In this document: positions 30,234-39,323 of the stretch, in pieces
Position numbering within the stretch: the first letter of the stretch is position 1
How the letters are laid out: every line of letters starts with the position of its first letter
Source: Hydrurus foetidus
Taxonomy: Eukaryota
DNA length: 64,000 nt
Direction: 5' to 3'
Assembly: GCA_900617105.1 (NCBI GenBank)
Contig: UYFQ01000023.1
Span: forward strand, 558,001 to 622,000
Made by a program: the position numbers and the translations under genes
Notes under the pieces: model-generated
The model's database searches: none
What the model saw: only the letters and a program-made list of their open reading frames with translations
What the model was told of the DNA's origin: nothing

Positions 30234-31883
30234 TTATCGCTTGAGGGCTGTGCGCAATTCGGGGCTGGTGAGGATGCTGATTGCTATGACAAACATAGCT
30301 GCTAACACTGTGATGATAAGCAAAACAGGGCTGCTTTCACTCACAACTGACATCCATGGCCCTCGCGCCAGCAAGGTCAGCACGCCCAACGCAGCCACAG
30401 GTGTCAGCATGGCTTGCCAAGGCAGCCACGAAGAACCAAGATCGGTGCCGATGGCCTTGAGCGCCCCATTTAACGCCCTGTTCACCGCCCACAGCACCAC
30501 CAGCGCCATGCCAGCGAACAGGGCGTTGAGGGCCAACATCCAGTGCGCCCCCTGTGACCAGCCCACAACCCGGCCCAGTGCCAGCAACACCGCCAAGGCC
30601 ACCGCATAGGCCAGCACCGCCGCCCGCATCCGCCCCAGCGCGGCCAGCACCGTCAAGCCCACGGCAATCAGCGCTTGCGGCAGCAGCCCCCACGCGCCCA
30701 CAGCGCCCCAGGCGGCCACGTTCGCAACGCTCTGCGCGTCCATGCGGCCCCAGCCAAACAGCAGGGTGGCGATGGCGGGCGCACCGACTTGCAAGGCAGC
30801 GGCAGCGGCGCAGGCCAGCGTCCAGGCCAGAGCGAAGGCGCTGCGGACAGAAGAAACAGCAGAAACAACAGAAAAGGCCGACATGGCGGGCAGTGCGGCT
30901 GGAAGCCTGGACTGCGCGTCAGCAGGTGCCTTCGCCAAAGCTCGGGTGATGGCGGGAAAGGCCAGCGTCGCCACCAGCTGAACTGCCAACACCAGGGGCA
31001 GCTCGACCAATTTCCAGGCGTAGTTGAAGGTGGCCAAAGCACCCTCCCCTGCACCCGACACGAAGGCCCGCGCCACAAACGGCAGCGTTAACGGCAAGCC
31101 CGCTGACAGCGCGGCCCACAGCCACAACGATGTGCGCGGCATGGCGCTGAGCGCTTGCGGCGGGGTAGACAACAAAGCCGAGGTGGACATGAATGTGCGT
31201 CCATCGTCGCCGGTATCCGCATGGGTGCTGCTGTGCAGCGCAGATGGCAGCGTTTGAAACGTCTGAAAGGGGCTGAGTCGCAAGCGCAACCACAGCAACC
31301 GCAACCCCATTGCCAGCAACAAGCTCAGGCCCAATTGGGAAATAGCGCTGACAGGTAGAGCACTGGTAGCTATCAAAAGTAGAGCAATCACCAAAATACT
31401 GTTGACCACCAAGTTGGCGGCGTACAGCCCCATGAAATCGCGTTCATGCTGCAAGCGCGTCCCCCAGAGCGCCGCCATCAAGGCCGCAGGCAGGGCCACA
31501 GCACACCACACCAAACCCTGCCCGGCATCGGACAGCAGCGCAGGTGGCAAGCCATTGGCGAGCACGCGAATCAGCGGCTGCCGAAACAGCCACAGCAGCA
31601 GGCCCAGCGCCACGCCCATCGCCAACAGCCCACGGGCGACTTGACGCTGCGTCTGCGCCTGCTGGGTGGGGTTTTGCTGCGCCCAATGGGGCAACAGCAC
31701 GTAGCTGAGGGCACCGCTGGCCAAAACGCCGGTGATCCAGTCAGGCAGCGTCAGCATCAACACGGCCACATCGGCCATGCCGGTGGTGCCGAAGGCTGCT
31801 GCTTGGGCGGATTCGCGCAGCAGCCCCAGCAGGCGGCTGGCGAGCAACAGGGCGAGGGAGAGGGCACCGACTTTGAGGAACAT
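30234..31883 (-). CDS. murJ: MurJ/MviN-like flippase
   Basis: [30 protein letters not shown]; many TM helices. Confidence 0.82.
   Translation of the reverse strand: MFLKVGALSLALLLASRLLGLLRESAQAAAFGTTGMADVAVLMLTLPDWITGVLASGALSYVLLPHWAQQNPTQQAQTQRQVARGLLAMGVALGLLLWLFRQPLIRVLANGLPPALLSDAGQGLVWCAVALPAALMAALWGTRLQHERDFMGLYAANLVVNSILVIALLLIATSALPVSAISQLGLSLLLAMGLRLLWLRLRLSPFQTFQTLPSALHSSTHADTGDDGRTFMSTSALLSTPPQALSAMPRTSLWLWAALSAGLPLTLPFVARAFVSGAGEGALATFNYAWKLVELPLVLAVQLVATLAFPAITRALAKAPADAQSRLPAALPAMSAFSVVSAVSSVRSAFALAWTLACAAAAALQVGAPAIATLLFGWGRMDAQSVANVAAWGAVGAWGLLPQALIAVGLTVLAALGRMRAAVLAYAVALAVLLALGRVVGWSQGAHWMLALNALFAGMALVVLWAVNRALNGALKAIGTDLGSSWLPWQAMLTPVAALGVLTLLARGPWMSVVSESSPVLLIITVLAAMFVIAISILTSPELRTALKR
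30282..30343 (+). repeat. GCTAT-N7-ATAGC element in frame inside murJ (antisense to gene)
   Basis: Core gctatgacaaacatagc at 30283-30299; encodes [19 protein letters not shown]. Confidence 0.7.
31325..31386 (-). repeat. GCTAT-N7-ATAGC element in frame inside murJ (sense)
   Basis: Core gctatcaaaagtagagc at 31369-31385; encodes [20 protein letters not shown]. Confidence 0.7.
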
Positions 31884-31978
31884 GGCGGGATTATCCGGCG
31901 GGTGGGCAGAGCGGGCCCCAAGTAAAATCAGCGTTTTGCGCCACTTTGGCGCAATCCCTGCAAGCACTCTGCCCCACC

Positions 31979-33514
31979 ATGTCCGAAAACACCTCTGCCA
32001 GCCCATCCCCCGTTCAAGACGAGAACCAACTCATCACCGAGCGCCGTGAAAAGCTCAAGACCTTGCGGGCGACCGCCGCCGCCGCTGGCGTTGCCGCCTT
32101 CCCGAACGATTTCAAACCCAGCCACCATGCCGCTGCTTTGGTCGCGGCCCACGGGGAGAAAGACACCGAGCAATTGGCGCAAGAGGCCACTGCCGTCAGC
32201 ATCGCTGGCCGCATGATGCTCAAGCGCGTGATGGGCAAAGCCAGCTTTGCCACGCTGCAAGACAGCACGGGCCGCATGCAGATTTACGTGCAACGCGAAG
32301 CCATCGGTGAAGAGGCTTATGCCGATTTCAAACACTGGGATTTGGGCGACATCGTGGCCGCTGAGGGCACCGTGTTCAAGACCAAAACGGGTGAACTCTC
32401 GCTGCATGCCACCCGCGTGCGGATGCTGACCAAGAGCCTGCGCCCGCTGCCCGACAAGTTCCACGGCATGGCCGACCAGGAGCAAAAATACCGCCAGCGC
32501 TATGTGGATTTGATCACCGACGAATCCGCCCGCGCCCGCTTCACGGCCCGCAGCAAGACGGTCAGCGGGATTCGCCAGTTCATGGTGGAGCATGACTTCT
32601 TGGAAGTCGAAACCCCCATGCTGCACCCCATCCCCGGTGGAGCGAACGCCAAGCCGTTTGTAACGCACCACAACGCGCTAGACCAAGAGATGTTCCTGCG
32701 CATTGCGCCTGAGCTGTACCTGAAGCGGCTGATTGTGGGCGGCTTTGAGCGGGTGTTCGAAATCAACCGCAGCTACCGCAACGAAGGCATCAGCGTGCGG
32801 CACAACCCCGAATTCACGATGATGGAGTTCTACGCCGCGTACTGGAACTACCAAGATTTGATGACGTTCACCGAAGATTTGGTGCGCGACGCGGCGCGCA
32901 AGGCGCAAGGCACGCTGCAACTCAGCTACGGTGGCCGGCCCGTGGATTTGGCACCGGCGTTCGAGCGGCTCACCATCGTGGAAGCCATCCGCAAGTACAC
33001 AGAAGCAGGCGATGGCGTGTTTGACGCGGTGTGGTTGATTAACGCACTGCAAAAACTGGGCTTGAACGAAGCCAAGCACAAACTGTCCACCCGCAGCCTC
33101 GCCAGCTTGCAGGTGCTGTATTTTGAAGAAACCGTGGAAGAAAAGCTGTGGCAGCCTACTTTCATCATGGAACACCCGACCGAAATCTCGCCGCTGGCCC
33201 GCGCCAACGACCAGCGCCCCGAAGTGACCGAGCGCTTTGAGCTGTACATCACAGGGCGCGAATTCGGGAATGGTTTCAGCGAGTTGAACGATGCCGAAGA
33301 CCAAGCCGCCCGCTTCAACGCCCAAATGAACGCCAAAGAAAGTGGCGACGACGAAGCCATGTACTACGACGCAGACTTCATCCGCGCATTGGAATACGGT
33401 ATGCCACCCACCGGGGGCTGTGGCATCGGCATTGACCGCCTCATGATGCTGCTGACGGATTCGGCCAGCATCCGTGACGTAATTTTGTTCCCAGCGTTAC
33501 GGCGCGAGGCTTGA
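31979..33514 (+). CDS. lysS: Lysine--tRNA ligase (class II)
   Basis: [53 protein letters not shown]. Confidence 0.98.
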   Translation: MSENTSASPSPVQDENQLITERREKLKTLRATAAAAGVAAFPNDFKPSHHAAALVAAHGEKDTEQLAQEATAVSIAGRMMLKRVMGKASFATLQDSTGRMQIYVQREAIGEEAYADFKHWDLGDIVAAEGTVFKTKTGELSLHATRVRMLTKSLRPLPDKFHGMADQEQKYRQRYVDLITDESARARFTARSKTVSGIRQFMVEHDFLEVETPMLHPIPGGANAKPFVTHHNALDQEMFLRIAPELYLKRLIVGGFERVFEINRSYRNEGISVRHNPEFTMMEFYAAYWNYQDLMTFTEDLVRDAARKAQGTLQLSYGGRPVDLAPAFERLTIVEAIRKYTEAGDGVFDAVWLINALQKLGLNEAKHKLSTRSLASLQVLYFEETVEEKLWQPTFIMEHPTEISPLARANDQRPEVTERFELYITGREFGNGFSELNDAEDQAARFNAQMNAKESGDDEAMYYDADFIRALEYGMPPTGGCGIGIDRLMMLLTDSASIRDVILFPALRREA

Positions 33515-33619
33515 CCACACGTTGATACAACCAGCCGCTATAGTTTGGGATTCGCACGAATGGCGGCAGCGACAATGGCAGCAGCCCCCTTCAGCACCTC
33601 ACCTGTTCTTTGGAGATTT

Positions 33620-34930
33620 ATGACTATGTTCACGCTATCCTTATGGAGGGGCGGTCTTGCTCGGTGTCTGAAAATAGGCTTAGCAACTGGTTTGACGGTA
33701 GGTTTGGTAGCTTGCGGCGGTGGTAGCGGCAATGGTTTGGTGGTGAACACATCCACGACCAGCACAACCACCGCCACCAGCACTGTAACGGCGGTCGTCA
33801 CCACCCCGACCGTGGTTATCACGCCGGTGGCGATACCGTTTGTGGGCATTGCTTTTCCGCTGGCCGCGAATTACTCGGTGCATGTGCCCGCAGGCACGCA
33901 AATCAGCGCACCGAACGGCCCCACCACCACGGTGAGCAGCGCCATCACCACGATCAACGTCCCCGCCAACTCACTGATCACGGTGCCCGCCACGGCAACG
34001 GGTGCTGCGTCCATCTTGGTCACGACCAATATCGCGCTCTCCAGCGGCATCCTTACCACCCTGCCGACGGTGCAGATTCTGGCCGGGTCGTCCACTTTGA
34101 CCGGGCCACCGGCAGATGGCACCGGCAGCAGTGCGGTGTTTTGGGGTGGAGGCCATGTGGCGGTCAACTCGGCAGGCACCGTGATGGTCTCTGACGGTGG
34201 CGCATTGCGCCAAGTCACCCAGGCTGGTGTGGTCACAACGGTGAACAAAGGCTATGACCCCTACGACTGGGAAGGCATTGCGATTGACGTGGCCGGTACG
34301 GTCTACGGCTCTGGCACCACCTACGCCCCACCACCTGACAGCTACGGTGCTTCGGTCTACACGCGCACTCTGGCAGGTGCTTTGAACATCGTCGTCTCGA
34401 ACTGGACGACCTCGGCCACCGAAACCCGCTTAGGCTACGGTGGTTTGGCGGTGGACAGCAGCGGCAATATGTACTTGACCGATGCGGCCAACCACCGCAT
34501 TGTGAAGTTCACCGCAGCGGGTGCGGTGTCGGTGTTTGCAGGCAACGGCAAAGCGGGCTTGACCGATGGCGCAGGCATCGTCGCTTCGTTCAATAAACCC
34601 AGTGATTTGAGCATCGACAGCGCTGGTAACCTGTACGTGTCGGACACAGGCAATTCAGCGATCCGCAAAATAACGCCAGCTGGTGTTGTCACCACCTTCG
34701 GCAAGCTGACCACCCCCGGTGCTATCACGGCCGATACCGCAGGCAATGTGTTCGTGATCGCAGGCTCGCCCCGTGGGCTGTACCGCATCAGCAGCGACAT
34801 GGCATCTACCGTGTCATACCCTCTGGCGGGCATCACTGACCCGATCACCGGCTTGACGGTAGACAGCCAAGGCCGTGTTTATGCAGGTACGTTTGGCGTT
34901 GGGGCGCAGATTTTCAAGATTGTCTTTTAG
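33620..34930 (+). CDS. NHL-repeat beta-propeller lipoprotein
   Basis: GGAG RBS; lipobox LVAC; Thr-rich linker; GLAVDSSGNMYLTDAANHRI, IDSAGNLYVSDTGNSAIRKI. Confidence 0.85.
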   Translation: MTMFTLSLWRGGLARCLKIGLATGLTVGLVACGGGSGNGLVVNTSTTSTTTATSTVTAVVTTPTVVITPVAIPFVGIAFPLAANYSVHVPAGTQISAPNGPTTTVSSAITTINVPANSLITVPATATGAASILVTTNIALSSGILTTLPTVQILAGSSTLTGPPADGTGSSAVFWGGGHVAVNSAGTVMVSDGGALRQVTQAGVVTTVNKGYDPYDWEGIAIDVAGTVYGSGTTYAPPPDSYGASVYTRTLAGALNIVVSNWTTSATETRLGYGGLAVDSSGNMYLTDAANHRIVKFTAAGAVSVFAGNGKAGLTDGAGIVASFNKPSDLSIDSAGNLYVSDTGNSAIRKITPAGVVTTFGKLTTPGAITADTAGNVFVIAGSPRGLYRISSDMASTVSYPLAGITDPITGLTVDSQGRVYAGTFGVGAQIFKIVF

Positions 34931-34937
34931 CCGCATA

Positions 34938-34988
34938 ACCCCTTTTCCTCCTCCTTCACCCGCTGGGGGAAGGCCAGGATGGGGGCTG
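34938..34988. repeat. REP-like GC-rich hairpin between convergent genes
   Basis: ccttcacccgctgggggaagg imperfect palindrome; single copy in window. Confidence 0.45.
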
Positions 34989-37040
34989 TTAATCCATCTC
35001 AGTAGGCGCACCAAAATAGTAGCCCTGGCCACCGTCATGCGTGGCTTTCAGAGCCTCGGCATGCTCAGCCGTCTCTACCCCTTGGGCGATGACCACCACG
35101 TCCAAAGAACGGGCTAAATTCACCATGGCGTTCACCAGCTCGGTGGTGGCCTTGTCTGCACTGGCCTCTTCCACCAGCACGCTGTCGAGTTTGACGTAAT
35201 CGGGCGGCAGCAGACGCAATGTTTGCAACGAATTCGGGTCTAAACCAAAGCGGTCAATACCAAACTGCGCACCGTTGCGCCGCACCAAGGCCGCGAAACG
35301 CCGGGCCAGCTCAATGTCTTGGGCGCAGCCAAAACGCGACAGCTCAAACGCCAAACCAGCCGCTTTGCGGCCCAAAGCTTGCAGTTCGCGGTTCAACCAG
35401 CTCATAAAGGCTGGAGATTGCAAGCTTTGCATGGAAATGTTGACGGCCAACCTGGGCGCGACAGGCACGGGGGCAGGTGGCAGCCCCAAGGGCGCGGAAG
35501 CCACCACCAACTGCGCAGCGGCAGGGCGGGCGTTCAAGCGCCGAATCACCAGCGTGACCACCGCCGTATCCACCTCGGGCATCAGGTGATGGCGTATCGC
35601 CATGGGGATGAATTTACCCGCAGGCACCAGTTTGCCTTGCAGATCGGTCAAACGCAGCATCACCTCGTTGTGCAAGACTCGGTGTGCAGTGCTCCCGTCT
35701 TGAACGCCAAGCGCCGCCTGCACTTGACCAGCCCGCTCAAACGCCATCACCGGCTGGGCGAGCAAGCGCCACAGACCTTGGCTCAAGGCACCCCGCAGCA
35801 AATCGCGCCACCCCAAAGAACCCAGAGCATCTTGTTCGTTGGACTCTTGCGGCAGCAGTTGCAGCTGGTTGCGCCCCGACTGGCGGGCTGCTTCCACGGC
35901 CAAATCCGCCTTTGCCATGATTTGCCCGCGCTGATCGCCACCCCGGAAATAGACGGCCCCGAAGCTGAACGAGATGGCCTGTGCCGTGTCCAGTTTGTCC
36001 ACCACCGCCACCAAATGCTGGTGCAGCTGGTGTACCAAGGCGCTGGCGCGGTCAAACGGCATACCTGCAATCACATAGCCAAAGGCGGCACCACCCACAC
36101 GGCCCAGCACCGTGCCCTGCGGCCCCAGCGTTTGGCGGCTGGCATCGGCCAAAGCGGCGAGCAGCTGGTTGCCCTCGCGGTAGCTGCTGCCAGTGTTGTA
36201 GGCTTTGAGGCCGTCCACCTCCAGCACGGCGACCACGCCCGAGGCGATGTGGTCGTGGCCGTCCAGCAACTCGCCAAAGCGCAAATCAAAGGCTTTTCGG
36301 TTGTCCAGGCCGGTCACATCGTCTTCAAACGCCAGTCTGCGAAAACCCTCTGCTTTCGCAGCATCAGCGTCAAACATTTCAGAAATACGGTGCGACATGG
36401 TGTTCATGGCGCGCACCACGCGGGCTAATTCACGCGCACGGGGCTCTTTGGGGATTTGCTCGAAACGGCGCTCTTGCACGGCTTTGGCGGTGCGCTCAAT
36501 GGCCCCCAGCGGGTTCAAAATCACGCGCAGTAAAAAATGTGTCAACACCAGCGCAGCGGCATAGGCCAAACCCATCCACAGCGCAATCTCAGAAGCCGTT
36601 GTCCACAGGTACTGGTAGGCAAATGCTGGCTGGCTGGCCACCAGCACCTTGCCCAACTGACGCCAGCCGCTGGTGATAAAGGCCTCGCCCGCAGGTGCTT
36701 TGAGCGGAAACAGGCTGGAAAACCACAGCGGTACATCATCAATTTTGACGGGCAACTCCTTCACAACCAAGGTAGCGCCCATGGTATTGAGCACGGCGAT
36801 ACGCTGAAAATAGCCTCGGTCAAACACGCTTGACAGCTGCAAATCGGCCAGCACCATATCGGGCTTCGCCAGGGCCGGGGCCAAAGAGATGGACAAGGCC
36901 GTGGCGGCATCTTGCGCATGCGAGCCGAGTTGCTGCTCCAGGTAGTTGCGGGTACCGCGCACACTCAAGCCCAGCAAGCCAATGAGAATCAGAAAAAATA
37001 CGATGGAAATAGCCCCAAAGAGCTGGCGGCGCAAAGTCAT
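34989..37040 (-). CDS. lapD: LapD-like c-di-GMP receptor (periplasmic output, HAMP, degenerate GGDEF and EAL)
   Basis: QLGSHAQDAATAL, FDRGYF, VPLWF, GWRQ LapG-binding loop; RVGGAAF and IDRFG degenerate catalytic motifs. Confidence 0.9.
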   Translation of the reverse strand: MTLRRQLFGAISIVFFLILIGLLGLSVRGTRNYLEQQLGSHAQDAATALSISLAPALAKPDMVLADLQLSSVFDRGYFQRIAVLNTMGATLVVKELPVKIDDVPLWFSSLFPLKAPAGEAFITSGWRQLGKVLVASQPAFAYQYLWTTASEIALWMGLAYAAALVLTHFLLRVILNPLGAIERTAKAVQERRFEQIPKEPRARELARVVRAMNTMSHRISEMFDADAAKAEGFRRLAFEDDVTGLDNRKAFDLRFGELLDGHDHIASGVVAVLEVDGLKAYNTGSSYREGNQLLAALADASRQTLGPQGTVLGRVGGAAFGYVIAGMPFDRASALVHQLHQHLVAVVDKLDTAQAISFSFGAVYFRGGDQRGQIMAKADLAVEAARQSGRNQLQLLPQESNEQDALGSLGWRDLLRGALSQGLWRLLAQPVMAFERAGQVQAALGVQDGSTAHRVLHNEVMLRLTDLQGKLVPAGKFIPMAIRHHLMPEVDTAVVTLVIRRLNARPAAAQLVVASAPLGLPPAPVPVAPRLAVNISMQSLQSPAFMSWLNRELQALGRKAAGLAFELSRFGCAQDIELARRFAALVRRNGAQFGIDRFGLDPNSLQTLRLLPPDYVKLDSVLVEEASADKATTELVNAMVNLARSLDVVVIAQGVETAEHAEALKATHDGGQGYYFGAPTEMD

Positions 37041-37044
37041 GGTG

Positions 37045-38496
37045 TCACTCCCGAGAAGATGTCGATGGCAAGGCCGATGCCAGCCAACCCATAGAAAGTA
37101 TCACCACCAACGTCAGTGCATTGGCGGGCAGCTGCAAGTTGAAATCCACCGTGCTGTGGATGGCCAATGCCACGATCGCCATCAGCACGCCAAACGAGAT
37201 GCCCCGTGGCAAGCTGGAGCGGCGCTTGGCGATGGCACGCAGGCATTTCCATGCGGTAGTGAGCACCAACGCACCCAGCAGACCTATCCCCACCAAGCCG
37301 TAATCTGCCGCCATTTCTACATAATCGTTGTGGGCATGGTCAAAAAAACCGGGGCGCGGGGTGCGGTAGCGGATGTAGCTGTTGTAAAAACTGCCCCCAC
37401 CGGTGCCGAACACGGGGAAGGCCTTCACCAGATCCAGGCCGTGTTTCGCCGCATCCTGGCGCAGCTCTACCGATTCTTCAACGCCCTGCCCTTCCAAGTT
37501 CATGGTGGTGCCCTGCACACGCTCCATCACCTTTTCTAAGCCTACCCAGGTGCCGATCACGAACACGTCCACCACGATCAAACTGACGATCAAGGCCACC
37601 ATGGCAGGGGCTGAGCGGCGCGTCAGCAGCAGCGTCACCGCACCCACAATCAGCATCGCTGCAAAAAACCCGGTGTTGCCCATGCGTGAGCGCGTCAGCA
37701 CCAGCGCGATGACCAGCACCACCAGCATCAGGCGCAAACGCATTTTTTCGCTGAGCACAAAATCCAGCACCCGCGCAATGCGGTGCCGCCAGTTGCCCCG
37801 TTGGGTTTTGTCATTGCCCAAACGGGCCAGCATCAGGCCGATACCGACGGAAAGGCACAGCTCCATGTAGCCTGCAAAATGGTTGTGGTAGCCAAAGCTG
37901 CCCTTCACACGGTCATGGATCATTTCAAAAAAGAAGATGTGGTAATGGGCAGTGGTTGAAAACAACACCACACCCAACACGGCCTGCACAAGCCCGGCCC
38001 AAACGATGCCCCACGCCAGAAGCTCCAGGCGGCGTTTGTCGCGCACCGTCATCACCGCGACCAAAAACACAGCCCAATAGGCGCTGGACACAGCGGCATA
38101 AATGCGGTTTTGGTACACATCCAGCGAAAACCGAAAGGGTGCAACACCCGTCTCTACCCGCCAGCTTTCAGGCGACAGGGCCGCCACCCAACTGGCAGGC
38201 ACCACCCATGTTTGCGCCCAAACCAGGGCCACAAAAGCCCCCAACAACGTCAACGGTACTGCGAACTTCCCCAGCCTCGCCCATGCTGCATCACGGTGGT
38301 GCCGCCAAACGTAAGCCACCCCGGCCAGCAGCGCAAACACCCACACCACCAGTATGCCCAGCGCCCAAGTGCGGTTGCTACCCAGGGGCAAAGGTGCCCA
38401 CAACAGCAGGCCGATCAACGCCCCAAAAATCCATTTGTCAGCGATGTCCGCATCATCGTCACCAGCCCAACTTGCACGTTGCCGCTCACGAGCCAT
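37045..38496 (-). CDS. O-antigen ligase / O-oligosaccharyltransferase family membrane protein
   Basis: PLPLGSNR, GSFGYHNHFAGY, LTRSRMG, FGTGGGSF, HAHNDY (Wzy_C). Confidence 0.88.
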   Translation of the reverse strand: MARERQRASWAGDDDADIADKWIFGALIGLLLWAPLPLGSNRTWALGILVVWVFALLAGVAYVWRHHRDAAWARLGKFAVPLTLLGAFVALVWAQTWVVPASWVAALSPESWRVETGVAPFRFSLDVYQNRIYAAVSSAYWAVFLVAVMTVRDKRRLELLAWGIVWAGLVQAVLGVVLFSTTAHYHIFFFEMIHDRVKGSFGYHNHFAGYMELCLSVGIGLMLARLGNDKTQRGNWRHRIARVLDFVLSEKMRLRLMLVVLVIALVLTRSRMGNTGFFAAMLIVGAVTLLLTRRSAPAMVALIVSLIVVDVFVIGTWVGLEKVMERVQGTTMNLEGQGVEESVELRQDAAKHGLDLVKAFPVFGTGGGSFYNSYIRYRTPRPGFFDHAHNDYVEMAADYGLVGIGLLGALVLTTAWKCLRAIAKRRSSLPRGISFGVLMAIVALAIHSTVDFNLQLPANALTLVVILSMGWLASALPSTSSRE

Positions 38497-38525
38497 CCTT
38501 GTTCACTCCCCAGTGGTTTTCAGGC

Positions 38526-38552
38526 AAAAAAAATGGCAGCCGCAGCTGCCAT
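38526..38552 (-). terminator. Rho-independent terminator after the small secreted protein
   Basis: ATGGCAGC-tgcg-GCTGCCAT perfect 8-bp stem followed by a T-run on the minus strand. Confidence 0.8.
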
Positions 38553-38590
38553 CAGGAACCAAACTACGCGTTGAAGACGCGTTCAGCGCA

Positions 38591-39139
38591 TCAGCTGCGG
38601 CTCACACCACCGCCGCCACCGCCACTGGTGGTGGAACCTTGCGCACCACCGAAGGAGGAGTTACCAGCGCTGTTAGCGTTACCGACGTTACCGCCAGCTT
38701 GATTACCTTGGGCTTGATTGCCACCAGCTTGATTGCCAGCAGCAGTAGCAGGAACAACAGCAGTAATATTGACACCAGGTACGTTCGCAGCAGCAGCCGT
38801 GATGACCGTTTGCGGCACATTCGCAGCAGCAGCAGCTTTACCGACAGCAGCAGCCACGGCATCTGTTTGAGGGGCTGCGGCTAAAACAGCCTGAATCACC
38901 TCTTGAGCTTGAGCTGGCGTAGCTTGACTCAACAACACCGTAGTCATCATTTCAGCCGTAACACCAGCAAGCAAGCCAGCTTTAACGATATCGGCGATGG
39001 AAGTCTTTGCCTTGATGAGGACAGCCGCCTCGGCAGCAACCGAATCGGCATTTGCCGGTTTCGAAAACTCAGCGAAAGCTGAGATGCTGAGCGCAATAGC
39101 GCCAGCAACGAGGGCTGATTTGGTAGCAAGACTGCGCAT
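38591..39139 (-). CDS. Small secreted Ala-rich protein with TAAG motif and Gly/Asn/Gln tail
   Basis: GGAG RBS; signal peptide ending SAFA; PATAAG then GNQA x3; ends SGGGGGGVSRS; 182 aa. Confidence 0.85.
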   Translation of the reverse strand: MRSLATKSALVAGAIALSISAFAEFSKPANADSVAAEAAVLIKAKTSIADIVKAGLLAGVTAEMMTTVLLSQATPAQAQEVIQAVLAAAPQTDAVAAAVGKAAAAANVPQTVITAAAANVPGVNITAVVPATAAGNQAGGNQAQGNQAGGNVGNANSAGNSSFGGAQGSTTSGGGGGGVSRS

Positions 39140-39323
39140 GATGAACTCCACTGATGAATTTAAGAACTCAAATTTTATATTGAAAATACATTCCCGTGTC
39201 AAATTTGCACCTGACAATCTGGCCCAATGGCAGGGTAAATATTACCCAAATCTTTTCATTTTGCTGTATTTAATAAACAATTCGACCTTATTTCCTTACG
39301 GAGTGCCCTGCACGTTGACACCC

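Noticed and set aside
38997..39323. N-terminal extension of wbaP (and similar extensions of pseB, pseC, asnB, murJ and the AAA ATPase)
   Set aside because: They overlap neighbouring genes or promoters; downstream ATGs fit family N-termini better.
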